A stretch of 64,000 bases of DNA from Nannocystales bacterium (GTDB lineage: Bacteria > Myxococcota_A > Polyangia > Nannocystales > Nannocystaceae): positions 104,717-168,716 of the forward strand of contig JBOEGF010000017.1 of the NCBI GenBank assembly GCA_050633305.1, read 5' to 3'. The first letter of the stretch is position 1, and each line of letters starts with the position of its first letter. A model generated the notes under the pieces. The model had not been told where the DNA came from. It made no database searches and worked only from the letters and a program-made list of their open reading frames with translations. Both the position numbers and the translations under genes were made by a program. Positions 30,619-39,915 of the stretch are shown here, in pieces.

Positions 30619-31670
30619 CAGGTGGCCTCGACTTCGTCAGAGAACCCGGACAGCTCGTCACCAATCGTCTCGAGAAATCGCCGTTTCTCGTGGAAAGGGA
30701 GGAAGGCCGACTTGAACCCGTTCATGATGACCTGCTTGATGTCGTCCAACGAGAAGTCCATCTGCGCGTAGAGCAAGTGGAGTTCCTTGGACACCGTCGT
30801 GTCGGTGACCAAGCGGTTGTCGGTGTTGACCGTCACCCGGGCCCCGAGGTTGTAGTAGAGCTTCATCGGATGCGTGGGCAGGTCTTCGACCGCCCCCGTC
30901 TGCACGTTGGAAGACGGGCAGCACTCCAGCGGAATGCGGTGGTCGACCACGTAGTGCAGCAGGTCCCCGTCTTCGCGAAGCCGGCACCCGTGCCCCACCC
31001 GATGCGCGCCGCAGTCGTGGATGGCTTGGGCGATCGACGCGGGTCCGTAGGCTTCGCCCGCGTGAATCGTCACGTTGATGTTGTTCTTGCGCACCAGCTT
31101 GAACGCCTCGCTGTGCGCGACCGCCGGGTGGTCATGTTCGGCGCCCGCGAGATCGAAGCCCACCACGCCTCGGTTCTTGTAGGCGACCACAAGCTCCGCC
31201 ATTTGCAGCGAGCTCTCCGGAGAAATGTTTCGGATGCCACAGAGGATGACGCGCGTGACCACCCCGTGTTCCAGCTCTGCGTCATGCGCGGCCGAAAGGA
31301 CAGCCTCGACGATCTGGGTGAGGCGTAGGCCCTGACGCGTGTGCAGCATCGGGGCGTAGCGGACCTCCATGTAGCGGACGTTTTCCGCGGCCGCATCCGC
31401 GCACAGCTCGAACATGGCGCGGTAGATCGCGTCACGGGTTTGCAACACCCTCAGCGTGACGTCGAACGCCTTGAGATACTCCACCAAACTACCGGTGTTC
31501 TGTCCCAGCTTCATCGCGGCGCGCAGCCCGGCTTCGTCCTTGGCCGGCAATTCGACGTTTTGCTCCTGCGCGAGCTCGAGGAGCGTGGACAGGCGCATGG
31601 AGCCGTCCAGGTGGACGTGCAGGTCCGTCTTGGGGAGCTTCTCGAACAGTTCTTCGGGCAGGGTCGCCAT
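30618..31670 (-). CDS. add: adenosine deaminase
   Basis: PKTDLHVHLDGS, GFDLAGAE, TIHAGEA, RVGHG, ECCPSSN, NTDN; TGATG coupling to nupC. Confidence 0.95.
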   Translation of the reverse strand: MATLPEELFEKLPKTDLHVHLDGSMRLSTLLELAQEQNVELPAKDEAGLRAAMKLGQNTGSLVEYLKAFDVTLRVLQTRDAIYRAMFELCADAAAENVRYMEVRYAPMLHTRQGLRLTQIVEAVLSAAHDAELEHGVVTRVILCGIRNISPESSLQMAELVVAYKNRGVVGFDLAGAEHDHPAVAHSEAFKLVRKNNINVTIHAGEAYGPASIAQAIHDCGAHRVGHGCRLREDGDLLHYVVDHRIPLECCPSSNVQTGAVEDLPTHPMKLYYNLGARVTVNTDNRLVTDTTVSKELHLLYAQMDFSLDDIKQVIMNGFKSAFLPFHEKRRFLETIGDELSGFSDEVEAT

Positions 31671-31736
31671 GGTTGGCGGCCCACAGTAGCCGATCCGGCA
31701 CCCATTGCCATAGACTCACAGGCCGTGAGCCGGGCA

Positions 31737-32444
31737 ATGCGGACCGTGTGTGCTGGACTGGTGGTCATCGCCAGCGCCGGCTGTAGTCGTCCGCCGCTGG
31801 GGCAGTTCTGTCCCGACGTCGCGGAGGGCGAGCTGGTCATCACCGAGATTCGCGGCCCGCAGACCGGCGGGGACAACCGCGGCCAGTGGTTCGAGGTCTA
31901 CAACGCCTCGGATCGGGCCGTGGATCTGCGAGGGCTTCGCATCGAGCTGTACAACCTGCAAGGGGCTCTGGCTCCGCCGGCGCGGCCGATTCTCGTCCGG
32001 GGAGAGGACGTCGTCGTGCAGCCGGACGAATACGTGACGTTCGGACATCACGATCCGGCCGCCCTACCCGAGTTCGTCAACTACTCCTTCATCACGGACT
32101 ACTTCACGAGCCCCAGCCTCAACGAAGACGAGGTGCTCGAGCTCTTGGACCTCGGCTTAGAGCCCGAGGATTTTGGCGGCCGCCAGCCCAAAGACCTCGA
32201 GCGTTCCGGACGGATCGACCTCGTGGCATGCGATGCCCTCATCGACCGCGTTCGCTACGAGGACCTGCCCAGGGAGGGAACGTTGAGCTTCGACGGCGCC
32301 CTGCGACCTGATGCTGTCGACAACGACGAACTCGAGAATTTCTGCACCAATGAGGCAGAGGAGGAGCTTGCCCCGGGCGAGCCCCGAAACTTCATCGGCC
32401 TGCCCGGAAGTCCACAGGAGGAGAACCCCGCATGCGAAGACTGA
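31737..32444 (+). CDS. lamin-tail-domain (LTD) lipoprotein
   Basis: Lipobox SAGC; LVITEI...QWFEVYN.S...VDL.G; ends GSP.EENP.C. Confidence 0.82.
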   Translation: MRTVCAGLVVIASAGCSRPPLGQFCPDVAEGELVITEIRGPQTGGDNRGQWFEVYNASDRAVDLRGLRIELYNLQGALAPPARPILVRGEDVVVQPDEYVTFGHHDPAALPEFVNYSFITDYFTSPSLNEDEVLELLDLGLEPEDFGGRQPKDLERSGRIDLVACDALIDRVRYEDLPREGTLSFDGALRPDAVDNDELENFCTNEAEEELAPGEPRNFIGLPGSPQEENPACED

Positions 32445-33727
32445 TCTCGACGGGGGTCCTGGGGCTCCTTCTGGGGCTCACGGCCAGCTGCGGCCGCACA
32501 ACGGTCCATTACAGCCGCCAAGCCCTCGCCGATTCTCTCGGGACCCCGGATGCACAGGCTGAGGCGGGGCTGTCCCTCGGCGAATTCGCCCTCGCTCCAG
32601 GCGCCGTCGTCGATGGCGACACCCTCAAGGTCGTCGGGCTCGACGCCAGCTTGCGGCTTCTGGGCCTCGACACCGAGGAGACGTTCAAGTCCGAGAAGGA
32701 CCGTCGCTTGTACGAATCGCTCGGGTTCGAGGCCTACATGGCCAAGAAGGGCGAGGGATCCGACCGCCCAGCCAAATGCGCCACGCCGCTGGGCGACGAC
32801 GCCAAGAAGTTCGCCCAGGCGTTCTTCGTTGGCGATATCAGCGTCAAGCTCGAACGCGACCATGCGAAGGACATGCGGGGCCGATTCGGACGCCTGCTCA
32901 CCTACGTCTTCGTCAAGCGCGGCGACGAGTGGATCAACTACAACGTCGAGGCCGTACGCGCCGGCATGAGCCCCTACTTCACCAAGTACGGGTACTCGCG
33001 GCGCTTCCACGACGAGTTCGTCCAAGCTCAAAAAGAGGCTCGCGAGGCAGAGCGGGGGATCTGGGATCCCAGCCTCGAGCACTACCGAGACTACGACCGC
33101 CGGTTGGAGTGGTGGGACGCGCGTGGAGACTTCATCGCCCGGTTCGAGGAAGACGCACAGGGACGCGAGGACATGATCATGCTCGGCCACTGGGACGCGC
33201 TCGAGCGGATCGCCGCGATGGAGGGCAAGGAGATCGAAGTGCTTGCCGGAGTCGGAGAGATCTACCCTGGAGAGGGCGCTCGTCCGACCCGCGTGATGCT
33301 CAGCAGGCGAATGTTCTCGGACTTCCCGCTGATTTTCTTCGATGAAGACGTGGTGTTGAGTTCCCGTATCGAGGAGGCGAAGGGCGAGTTCGCCAGAGTC
33401 CGCGGCACGGTCAGCGCCTACACGTACAAGTCGCGTCGGCGCCGTGACGACGAGGACCGCACCCAGCTTCAGATCGAGGTGAAGCTGTCACAGCAAGTGA
33501 TCATCTCTGACACCGCGCCCGGGTCCCCGAGCCGTACCCTGCTCGAGCCAGCGCCCCAGCCCGAGGACGCGCCCGACCCCTACGAGGCCGCAGCGACGGC
33601 TCCTCCAGCGGCTCCGCCGGCTCCCGATGTCTCGGACACGCCTCCCGAGGAGCCAGCCTCAGACTCCCCCATCGAAGACCCCCCGCCGGCCCCGGAAGCC
33701 GGCCCCACAGGAGACCGACAGCCATGA
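32432..33727 (+). CDS. staphylococcal-nuclease (thermonuclease) lipoprotein with extra OB-like domain and Pro-rich tail
   Basis: Lipobox TASC; VVDGDTL, RLLGLDTEE, FGRLLTYV, EAREAERGIW catalytic motifs. Confidence 0.9.
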   Translation: MRRLISTGVLGLLLGLTASCGRTTVHYSRQALADSLGTPDAQAEAGLSLGEFALAPGAVVDGDTLKVVGLDASLRLLGLDTEETFKSEKDRRLYESLGFEAYMAKKGEGSDRPAKCATPLGDDAKKFAQAFFVGDISVKLERDHAKDMRGRFGRLLTYVFVKRGDEWINYNVEAVRAGMSPYFTKYGYSRRFHDEFVQAQKEAREAERGIWDPSLEHYRDYDRRLEWWDARGDFIARFEEDAQGREDMIMLGHWDALERIAAMEGKEIEVLAGVGEIYPGEGARPTRVMLSRRMFSDFPLIFFDEDVVLSSRIEEAKGEFARVRGTVSAYTYKSRRRRDDEDRTQLQIEVKLSQQVIISDTAPGSPSRTLLEPAPQPEDAPDPYEAAATAPPAAPPAPDVSDTPPEEPASDSPIEDPPPAPEAGPTGDRQP

Positions 33728-35979
33728 TCCGCCCTTGGACCGCCCAATCTCGCCGCCTCGCGGCTCTGTGTCTCCTCGCATCCGCGTCCGCCTGCGGGGA
33801 CAGCTCCGGCCGTGGCGACGGACCCGGCGAATGCACCGCGAGTCTTCTCCCGGGCGACTTGGTGATCACCGAGGTGATGGCCAACCCCGACGGCGCAGAC
33901 AAGGGCCTCGAATGGTTCGAGGTCTACAACGCGACGGACTCCGAGATCGACCTCTCGGGAGTGCTGTTGCGTTTTCGGAAGGTGGACGGAAGCGGGGAGA
34001 AGATCCATCAAGTCCAGGACACGGTGATCGGGCCGGGCGAATACCTCGTCTTCGGAGACGCCGATCCCGAGGCTCCGCCGGACCACGTTGACTACGGTTA
34101 CGGGGATGAACTCGGCGCGAGCGGCCTCACCAACAGCGGAGGGGAGCTCTCCGTCGGATGCGGCAGCGCCATCATCGATATCGCCCTCTACGAAGAGAGC
34201 GATGACGCGATTGCCCGGGCCTTTGACGGCACACGGGAGCCCGACGCTGTCGGCAACGACGACCTCGGCGCCTGGTGTGACGCCACCACGGAATACGCGG
34301 AAGGGGCCCTCGGGACCCCCGGCGCCGGAAACGATCCGTGTTTCTCGGAGCAACCGACGACGTGCAACCAGGACGGTGTCCCACGGGACATCCTGCCCCC
34401 AACCCCGGGCGACGTCGTCATCACCGAGTTCATGCCCAACCCCGATGCAGTCGGCGACGATGAGGGAGAGTGGTTCGAACTCTACATCGTCAACGATTTC
34501 GACCTCAACGGCCTGGCCCTCACAAAGCTCGGCGACGAGGAACCCACGGACATCATCGGATCGGTCGACTGCATGCCCGCGGGCGCCGGCACCTACTTGC
34601 TCTTTGCCCACTCTGCGGATGCGACGGTCAATGGCGGCCTCCCACCGGTCGACCACCTCTTCACCATGTCGATGTCCAACACCTCGGAGAACGGAACCGG
34701 CATCTCCGTAGGTTGGGGCGGTCAGTTCCTGGACTCCGTCACCTGGACCAATAGCGGCACCGGGGCCAGTAGTCAGCTCAACCCCATGCTGCTCGACCCC
34801 ACCCGCAACGACGAAGAGGATGCATTCTGCCTCTCCGAGGAACCGTACGGGGACGGCGACCTCGGATCTCCAGGCGCCGCCAACCCACCGTGCCCAGTCG
34901 AAGCCCCGGAGGGCTCGTGTGCGGACGAAGACGGGGCTCTTCGCGACATCGTCGCGCCGTCGGTCGGAGACCTCTGGATCACCGAGTTCATGCCCGATCC
35001 GTCCGCAGTGGGCGACCCCGACGGCGAGTGGTTCGAGGTCCACGCGAACGCTGCCTTTGACCTCAACGCGCTCGAGTTTGGCCGCGAGGACGACGTGGAA
35101 GAGACGATCGACCTCGACTCCTGCGCCCCAGTCGCGGCTGGAGACCGGATTCTGTTCGCAAAGAACGCTGAAGCCGCGACCAACGGCGGCCTGCCGGCGG
35201 TCGACTACGAGCTTGGGTTGTCTCTGCTCAACAGCAACGGCCGGCTCTTCATCGCGGCCGACGGCGAGGTGCTCGATGTCGTGACGTGGAGCGGGACGAC
35301 CGCTGGGGCTTCGCGCTCACTCGACCCGTCCGTCTCGGGTCCTGAAGCCAACGACGACGAGGCCAACTGGTGCGACGCCGAAGCGCCCTACGGAGACGGC
35401 GACTTCGGAACCCCCGCCGCCGAAAACCTCGCATGTGGTGGGACTCCGGCCGGCACGTGCGACGACGGCGGCAACATCCGCGACGTAGTCTCCCCCAGCG
35501 CCGGAGACCTGGTCATCACCGAGTGGATGCCCAACCCGGACGCTGTCGGCGATACCGACGGGGAGTGGTTCGAGGTTCTCGTCACCGCGAACGTCGACCT
35601 CAACGGCCTGCAGCTCGGCGACGACCCCGAGAGCCCCGACACCACAATCTCCCCCACCGGGGACTGCATCGCCGTGTCCTCGGGTACCCGCGTCGTCTTC
35701 GCTCGCAATGCCGACGCACTCACCAACGGAGGGGTCGAGTCGGCGATCGAGGCAGGCTTCACGCTGGGCAACGGCGGCGGCGCCCTGTTCGTCGGCATCG
35801 GGGGGGAAGTCCTCGACCAGATCTCGTACTCGGACTCGGCCGCGGGCAGCTCCACCAGCGTTGCGCCCGGCTCCGAGGACACCGTCGCCAACGACGATGA
35901 ACTCAACCACTGCGAGTCGAACACCCCGTACGGCGATGGCGACAACGGCACGCCCGGGGCGGAGAACGCATGCGGGTAG
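33724..35979 (+). CDS. lipoprotein of four tandem lamin-tail domains, very acidic
   Basis: Four GD(L/V)xITExMx(N/D)P...EWFE repeats, each ending G(T/S)PxAxNxxC-like; N-terminal signal ending SASAC. Confidence 0.88.
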   Translation: MIRPWTAQSRRLAALCLLASASACGDSSGRGDGPGECTASLLPGDLVITEVMANPDGADKGLEWFEVYNATDSEIDLSGVLLRFRKVDGSGEKIHQVQDTVIGPGEYLVFGDADPEAPPDHVDYGYGDELGASGLTNSGGELSVGCGSAIIDIALYEESDDAIARAFDGTREPDAVGNDDLGAWCDATTEYAEGALGTPGAGNDPCFSEQPTTCNQDGVPRDILPPTPGDVVITEFMPNPDAVGDDEGEWFELYIVNDFDLNGLALTKLGDEEPTDIIGSVDCMPAGAGTYLLFAHSADATVNGGLPPVDHLFTMSMSNTSENGTGISVGWGGQFLDSVTWTNSGTGASSQLNPMLLDPTRNDEEDAFCLSEEPYGDGDLGSPGAANPPCPVEAPEGSCADEDGALRDIVAPSVGDLWITEFMPDPSAVGDPDGEWFEVHANAAFDLNALEFGREDDVEETIDLDSCAPVAAGDRILFAKNAEAATNGGLPAVDYELGLSLLNSNGRLFIAADGEVLDVVTWSGTTAGASRSLDPSVSGPEANDDEANWCDAEAPYGDGDFGTPAAENLACGGTPAGTCDDGGNIRDVVSPSAGDLVITEWMPNPDAVGDTDGEWFEVLVTANVDLNGLQLGDDPESPDTTISPTGDCIAVSSGTRVVFARNADALTNGGVESAIEAGFTLGNGGGALFVGIGGEVLDQISYSDSAAGSSTSVAPGSEDTVANDDELNHCESNTPYGDGDNGTPGAENACG

Positions 35980-36449
35980 CCTTCGCAGGCCTACTCCTTC
36001 TGACCATCGCCGGGTGCGACACCTCCGAGGGTTCCAGCTGTGGACCCACGCAGGCGGTCGTCGCACGGGTGATCGATGGGGACACGGTCGAGTTGGACGA
36101 CGGCTCGCGCGTTCGCTACCTGATGATCGACACCCCGGAGAGCACACAGGGCAAAGACGACTGTTTCGGGACCGAGTCGACCGAGCTCAACCGGATGTTG
36201 GTCGAAGGCAAGACCGTGACCCTTCGCTACGACGCGGAATGCACCGACCGCTACGATCGGCTCCTGGCGTACATCGAGGTCGATGGGCGCGAGATCAACA
36301 GCTTGATGGTCGAGCGGGGTGCGGCCTGCGTGCTGCACATCCCGCCCAACGGTGAGGACCGCGTCGACGAGTTCGAAGCCCTCGAGGACGAGGCCCGCGA
36401 TGCGATGGTCGGAGTCTGGGGCGCGTGTGAGGACGTAACTTGTGACTAA
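35970..36449 (+). CDS. small thermonuclease (SNase) lipoprotein
   Basis: Lipobox IAGC; VIDGDT, RYLMIDTPE, DRYDRLLAYI, GVWG. Confidence 0.92.
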   Translation: MRVAFAGLLLLTIAGCDTSEGSSCGPTQAVVARVIDGDTVELDDGSRVRYLMIDTPESTQGKDDCFGTESTELNRMLVEGKTVTLRYDAECTDRYDRLLAYIEVDGREINSLMVERGAACVLHIPPNGEDRVDEFEALEDEARDAMVGVWGACEDVTCD

Positions 36450-38652
36450 GCGCCTTTTACCAGTCTTGGCGCTCGGCGCTGCCCTGCTGGGCTCTTCTGC
36501 GGCAGACGCCGCCCAGTACGAGGTGTTCGTCGACGTCGACGACGAAGAAGACCTCTATGACCTGCAGGTCGCAGGTGAGATCAGCAGTGGGACGTTCGAG
36601 ATTCTCGTCGACCAAATCCGGCGCGGGGTCGACCTCAACACCGCAACTCGCGAGCAGTTGTACGCGCTGCCGAACCTGACGTACGAGGAAGTCGACGCGA
36701 TCCTGGCCTATCGTGAGGAAGCCGGCCGAATCGGCGACCCTGCGGCCCTCGTTCTTGCCGGAGCGCTCCCTCGGCGAAAGCTAGCTTCAATCGCTGCGTT
36801 TCTCCTGGTCCCCGCGCCCGAGGGAAGCAAAACCGGAGTTCGCGGACAGGTCCGCTACAGGACCGTATGGACCTCGGAAGACGACCGCGTCCCACCGATG
36901 CTCCTGCAGACGCGGGTCTCAATGCTCCGGCACCTGACGGTCGGCGCAGCCGCCGTGCTCGACCGCAACCGCCTCGAGAATGCGGTCTGGGACCCCAACC
37001 GTGACGCCCTGACAACCAACGGACCCCGCACAACGGCCCGGGTCCCGAAATACTTCGCGCAATGGGACACCCCGAAATGGGGAATCATCGGCGGTACCTA
37101 CAACATCGGGTTTGGTCAGAAGCTCGTCTTCGATACCACCGGTCGCTATACGCCGAACGGGTTCACCTACGACGACACGATGTACCGGCAGACCGACCTC
37201 ACGACCGAATGCCGGTTGTCGACGGGCGAGCTCTCCGAAACACCGTGCCCCCGGGACCAACCTCAGACCTACGTCACCCCGGACTACCGCGAACGGGTCC
37301 GGCAACGCGGTGTTGCGGTGGGCGCCAAGCATATCGACATGCCGGTCGGGTGGATGCAGGCCTATGGTTTTTTCTCGCATCAGACCAAGCCCATCTACTG
37401 GACGGGCGTCTACAACTCCGACACATGCGACGACCCGCGGCTCGCCTCCGACTTGTTCGACGTCTGTGCCGCTCCCCCGGTGTACTTGGGCACCGCCTCC
37501 GACTCGCTCACCCCAGCCCCAAGCCTTCGGTACGCTTCGCTGCCGAACATGTACAACGAGGTTCTGGGCGGGACGAACATCAGCTACTTCGTCGACCGCC
37601 GCACGCATGTGGGTGTGACGGGCTACGGCAGTGGCGTGACATGGCTGACCGAGGGCGCGAACCTCGACTTCCAAGAATGGCAGCGCACGCCCTACGGTGG
37701 CCCGTTCGGAGCAGCCGGTGCCGACATGAGCTGGGGTCGCAACTGGGCGGATGTTTTTGCGGAGGTCGCCTACTCCTTCGACTCCATCCCGCAAGACGGA
37801 GGCGGAGGCCCAGCAGCGATCGTTCGGCATACGGCAAGCTGGGATACCCACGAGATTGAAGTCGCGGGTCGCTACTACGACGAGCGATACCGCAACCCCT
37901 ACGCTCGCTCGATTGCAGCTGCAGACCAGAGCGACGGTCTCCGCGCATCTGATGAGGCTGGCGGCCGGATCCGCTACACAGGAATGATCGCGGAGCGCGT
38001 CCAGCTGCGAACGCTGCTCGACGTGTGGCACGAGCTGAGCACAGACCTCACGCGGCTACGGACGTACGCACGCGGCGACATCCAGGCGCTCCCTTGGCTC
38101 AGACCCGGGATTTGGGTCGACTACCAGACCCGTGACGTCACTGGACGCGGACGCGACCGTTGTTTTTCCGGAGACGGCGACGACACCCGGACAACCGTCG
38201 ACATCATCGAGTTCACATCCTACGAAGACTTCATCCGGCAAGCAGACCGGGGATGCACTGGAACCCGGTACCGGATCCGCCCGCGGGTGCGCGTCGACCC
38301 CCACAAGCGCGTCAATGCCCAGGTCCAGGTCCAGTACTCCTGGGTTGACGACGATCGTTTCCCGGGACGTTTCGCCAACGACATCCGCGTCGTTGGTGTT
38401 GTCGGTGCCAACCCGATCGATCCTCTCCGGCTTCGGTTCCGCATCGCCTGGGACAAAGATGCGATCTCCGACAACGCGTACCTCGAGGAGACCCTGTGGG
38501 GGTACTTCCAGGCGAGCTACCGCTTCCAGACCTGGCTGCAGCCGAGCCTGCGCTACGACATCCGGGCTTGGCTCGACGACCGCGACAGCACCCGTTCTCG
38601 CCGGCCCAACCCCGAGCACTGGGTGCTCTTGCAGATCCTCAGCCGGTTCTAG
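36442..38652 (+). CDS. ComEA-type helix-hairpin-helix domain fused to predicted outer-membrane beta-barrel
   Basis: Sec signal ending AADA; VDLNTATREQLYALPNL...AILAYREEAG HhH; long Tyr/Trp/Gly-rich amphipathic strands; terminal Phe (WVLLQILSRF). Confidence 0.82.
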   Translation: MTKRLLPVLALGAALLGSSAADAAQYEVFVDVDDEEDLYDLQVAGEISSGTFEILVDQIRRGVDLNTATREQLYALPNLTYEEVDAILAYREEAGRIGDPAALVLAGALPRRKLASIAAFLLVPAPEGSKTGVRGQVRYRTVWTSEDDRVPPMLLQTRVSMLRHLTVGAAAVLDRNRLENAVWDPNRDALTTNGPRTTARVPKYFAQWDTPKWGIIGGTYNIGFGQKLVFDTTGRYTPNGFTYDDTMYRQTDLTTECRLSTGELSETPCPRDQPQTYVTPDYRERVRQRGVAVGAKHIDMPVGWMQAYGFFSHQTKPIYWTGVYNSDTCDDPRLASDLFDVCAAPPVYLGTASDSLTPAPSLRYASLPNMYNEVLGGTNISYFVDRRTHVGVTGYGSGVTWLTEGANLDFQEWQRTPYGGPFGAAGADMSWGRNWADVFAEVAYSFDSIPQDGGGGPAAIVRHTASWDTHEIEVAGRYYDERYRNPYARSIAAADQSDGLRASDEAGGRIRYTGMIAERVQLRTLLDVWHELSTDLTRLRTYARGDIQALPWLRPGIWVDYQTRDVTGRGRDRCFSGDGDDTRTTVDIIEFTSYEDFIRQADRGCTGTRYRIRPRVRVDPHKRVNAQVQVQYSWVDDDRFPGRFANDIRVVGVVGANPIDPLRLRFRIAWDKDAISDNAYLEETLWGYFQASYRFQTWLQPSLRYDIRAWLDDRDSTRSRRPNPEHWVLLQILSRF

Positions 38653-39791
38653 CGAATCGTCTCGAGCTCGATCTGCCCCCCGATGAGCACCCGCACCCGC
38701 GCGGCCTCGGGCGAGGCGACGTACGCCTCCCCGACGGTCTCCTCGATCAGCTCGCCCTCCTCGTCGTAGGCGTACCAGCGACGCAGCGGCTCGCCCTCGT
38801 CGAAGCCTTCGGCCGGAGCGGTGTACGTGTCGGCCTCCTCTTCGTCGAGCGTCGCGGCGAAGTGCGGCAGCTCGAACTTGCCAGGCGCACCCGCGGCACC
38901 GAAGAACTCGGTCGACGCATCGTCGAACCGGAAGTCGCAGTGCACGTGGGTGTTGTACTCGACGAGCATGCCGCCGCGGTTGGTGCAGGCGGCCTCCAGG
39001 GTGCTCAGGCCGACCGCGCTCGGATCGAGGTCGAAGCCGTCACCGTACATGTGGCGAGAGTGCGTGGCCCCGCCCACACCTGCGTTGTACTCGGGGGGGC
39101 GGTACCCGGAGTTCACCGTGATCGCGCCAACGTCGTCACGCAGCAGCTGCACGGACTCGACCGCGTGCGGCTGCACGATGCCGTAGCGTCCCTTGTAGGC
39201 CTCGGCGAACTCGCTCAACCGGAAGTTCGGAGACAGCATCGTGGCCGGATCGATCGCCTCGAGGTCGATATATGCGATCGGCTGACGGTAGTTGGGGTCA
39301 CCGCCGAGTGCGGGTGGGTAGTCGTAGCCGTCGGGTTGGAGGTAGTGAAGCTCGAAGCAGGTGGTCCCGCTCTTGTCCGCGCCGGGGTAACAGACTTCGG
39401 TCGGCGCCACGTCGTCGCCGGTTCCATCTCCTCCGGTGCCATCGCCGGTGCCATCCGTCGCCCCGGTGTCCTCGCATTCGCACTCGCTCCACCCGTCGCC
39501 GGCCGCGTTGCAGAGCTGGGAGCCCAGGTGCAAGCCGTCCTCGCACAGGCACTGACGCCCCATCCCGGGGTTGCAGGTCCCGGTGGCATCCGTGGGGTCC
39601 TCCGCTCCCTCCTCATCGCCTTCGGGCTCCCCCCCGGTCGACTCGTCCCCGCCGGTCTCGCCCGTCGAGTCGCCACCGTCTGTCTGCGCGCTCTCGCCGG
39701 CGGTGAAATCGGGGTCCCACCCCTGCCCCGTCGGGTCCTCCTCAGCCACACAGCCAAAGCATGACAACGCGGCGACCACGCCCGCCCACAC
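38649..39791 (-). CDS. peptidase M15A (Zn D-Ala-D-Ala carboxypeptidase-like), probable lipoprotein
   Basis: LSPNFRLSEF, VNSGYR..YN..VGGA..SRH.YG...D, HVHCD; start uncertain. Confidence 0.85.
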   Translation of the reverse strand: MWAGVVAALSCFGCVAEEDPTGQGWDPDFTAGESAQTDGGDSTGETGGDESTGGEPEGDEEGAEDPTDATGTCNPGMGRQCLCEDGLHLGSQLCNAAGDGWSECECEDTGATDGTGDGTGGDGTGDDVAPTEVCYPGADKSGTTCFELHYLQPDGYDYPPALGGDPNYRQPIAYIDLEAIDPATMLSPNFRLSEFAEAYKGRYGIVQPHAVESVQLLRDDVGAITVNSGYRPPEYNAGVGGATHSRHMYGDGFDLDPSAVGLSTLEAACTNRGGMLVEYNTHVHCDFRFDDASTEFFGAAGAPGKFELPHFAATLDEEEADTYTAPAEGFDEGEPLRRWYAYDEEGELIEETVGEAYVASPEAARVRVLIGGQIELETIR

Positions 39792-39915
39792 ATACCCCCT
39801 CCGATTGAACTCCCCCACGAGGCCTACATGTGCACCGCGGGGGTCCAAAGGTTCCCGCGGTCCATCCTCCCCCCGAGTTTCGCGCATCCGGAGGCGTGAC
39901 GTACAGTCCGGGCCG

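Noticed and set aside
33724..35979. Repeated DNA segments as a possible CRISPR-like array
   Set aside because: They are in-frame protein domain repeats over 500 bp apart, with no spacer structure or cas genes
36442..38652. Classical competence locus
   Set aside because: No comEC, dprA, comF or pilus genes in the window; nuclease and salvage neighbours favour nutrition, though a role in transformation is not excluded
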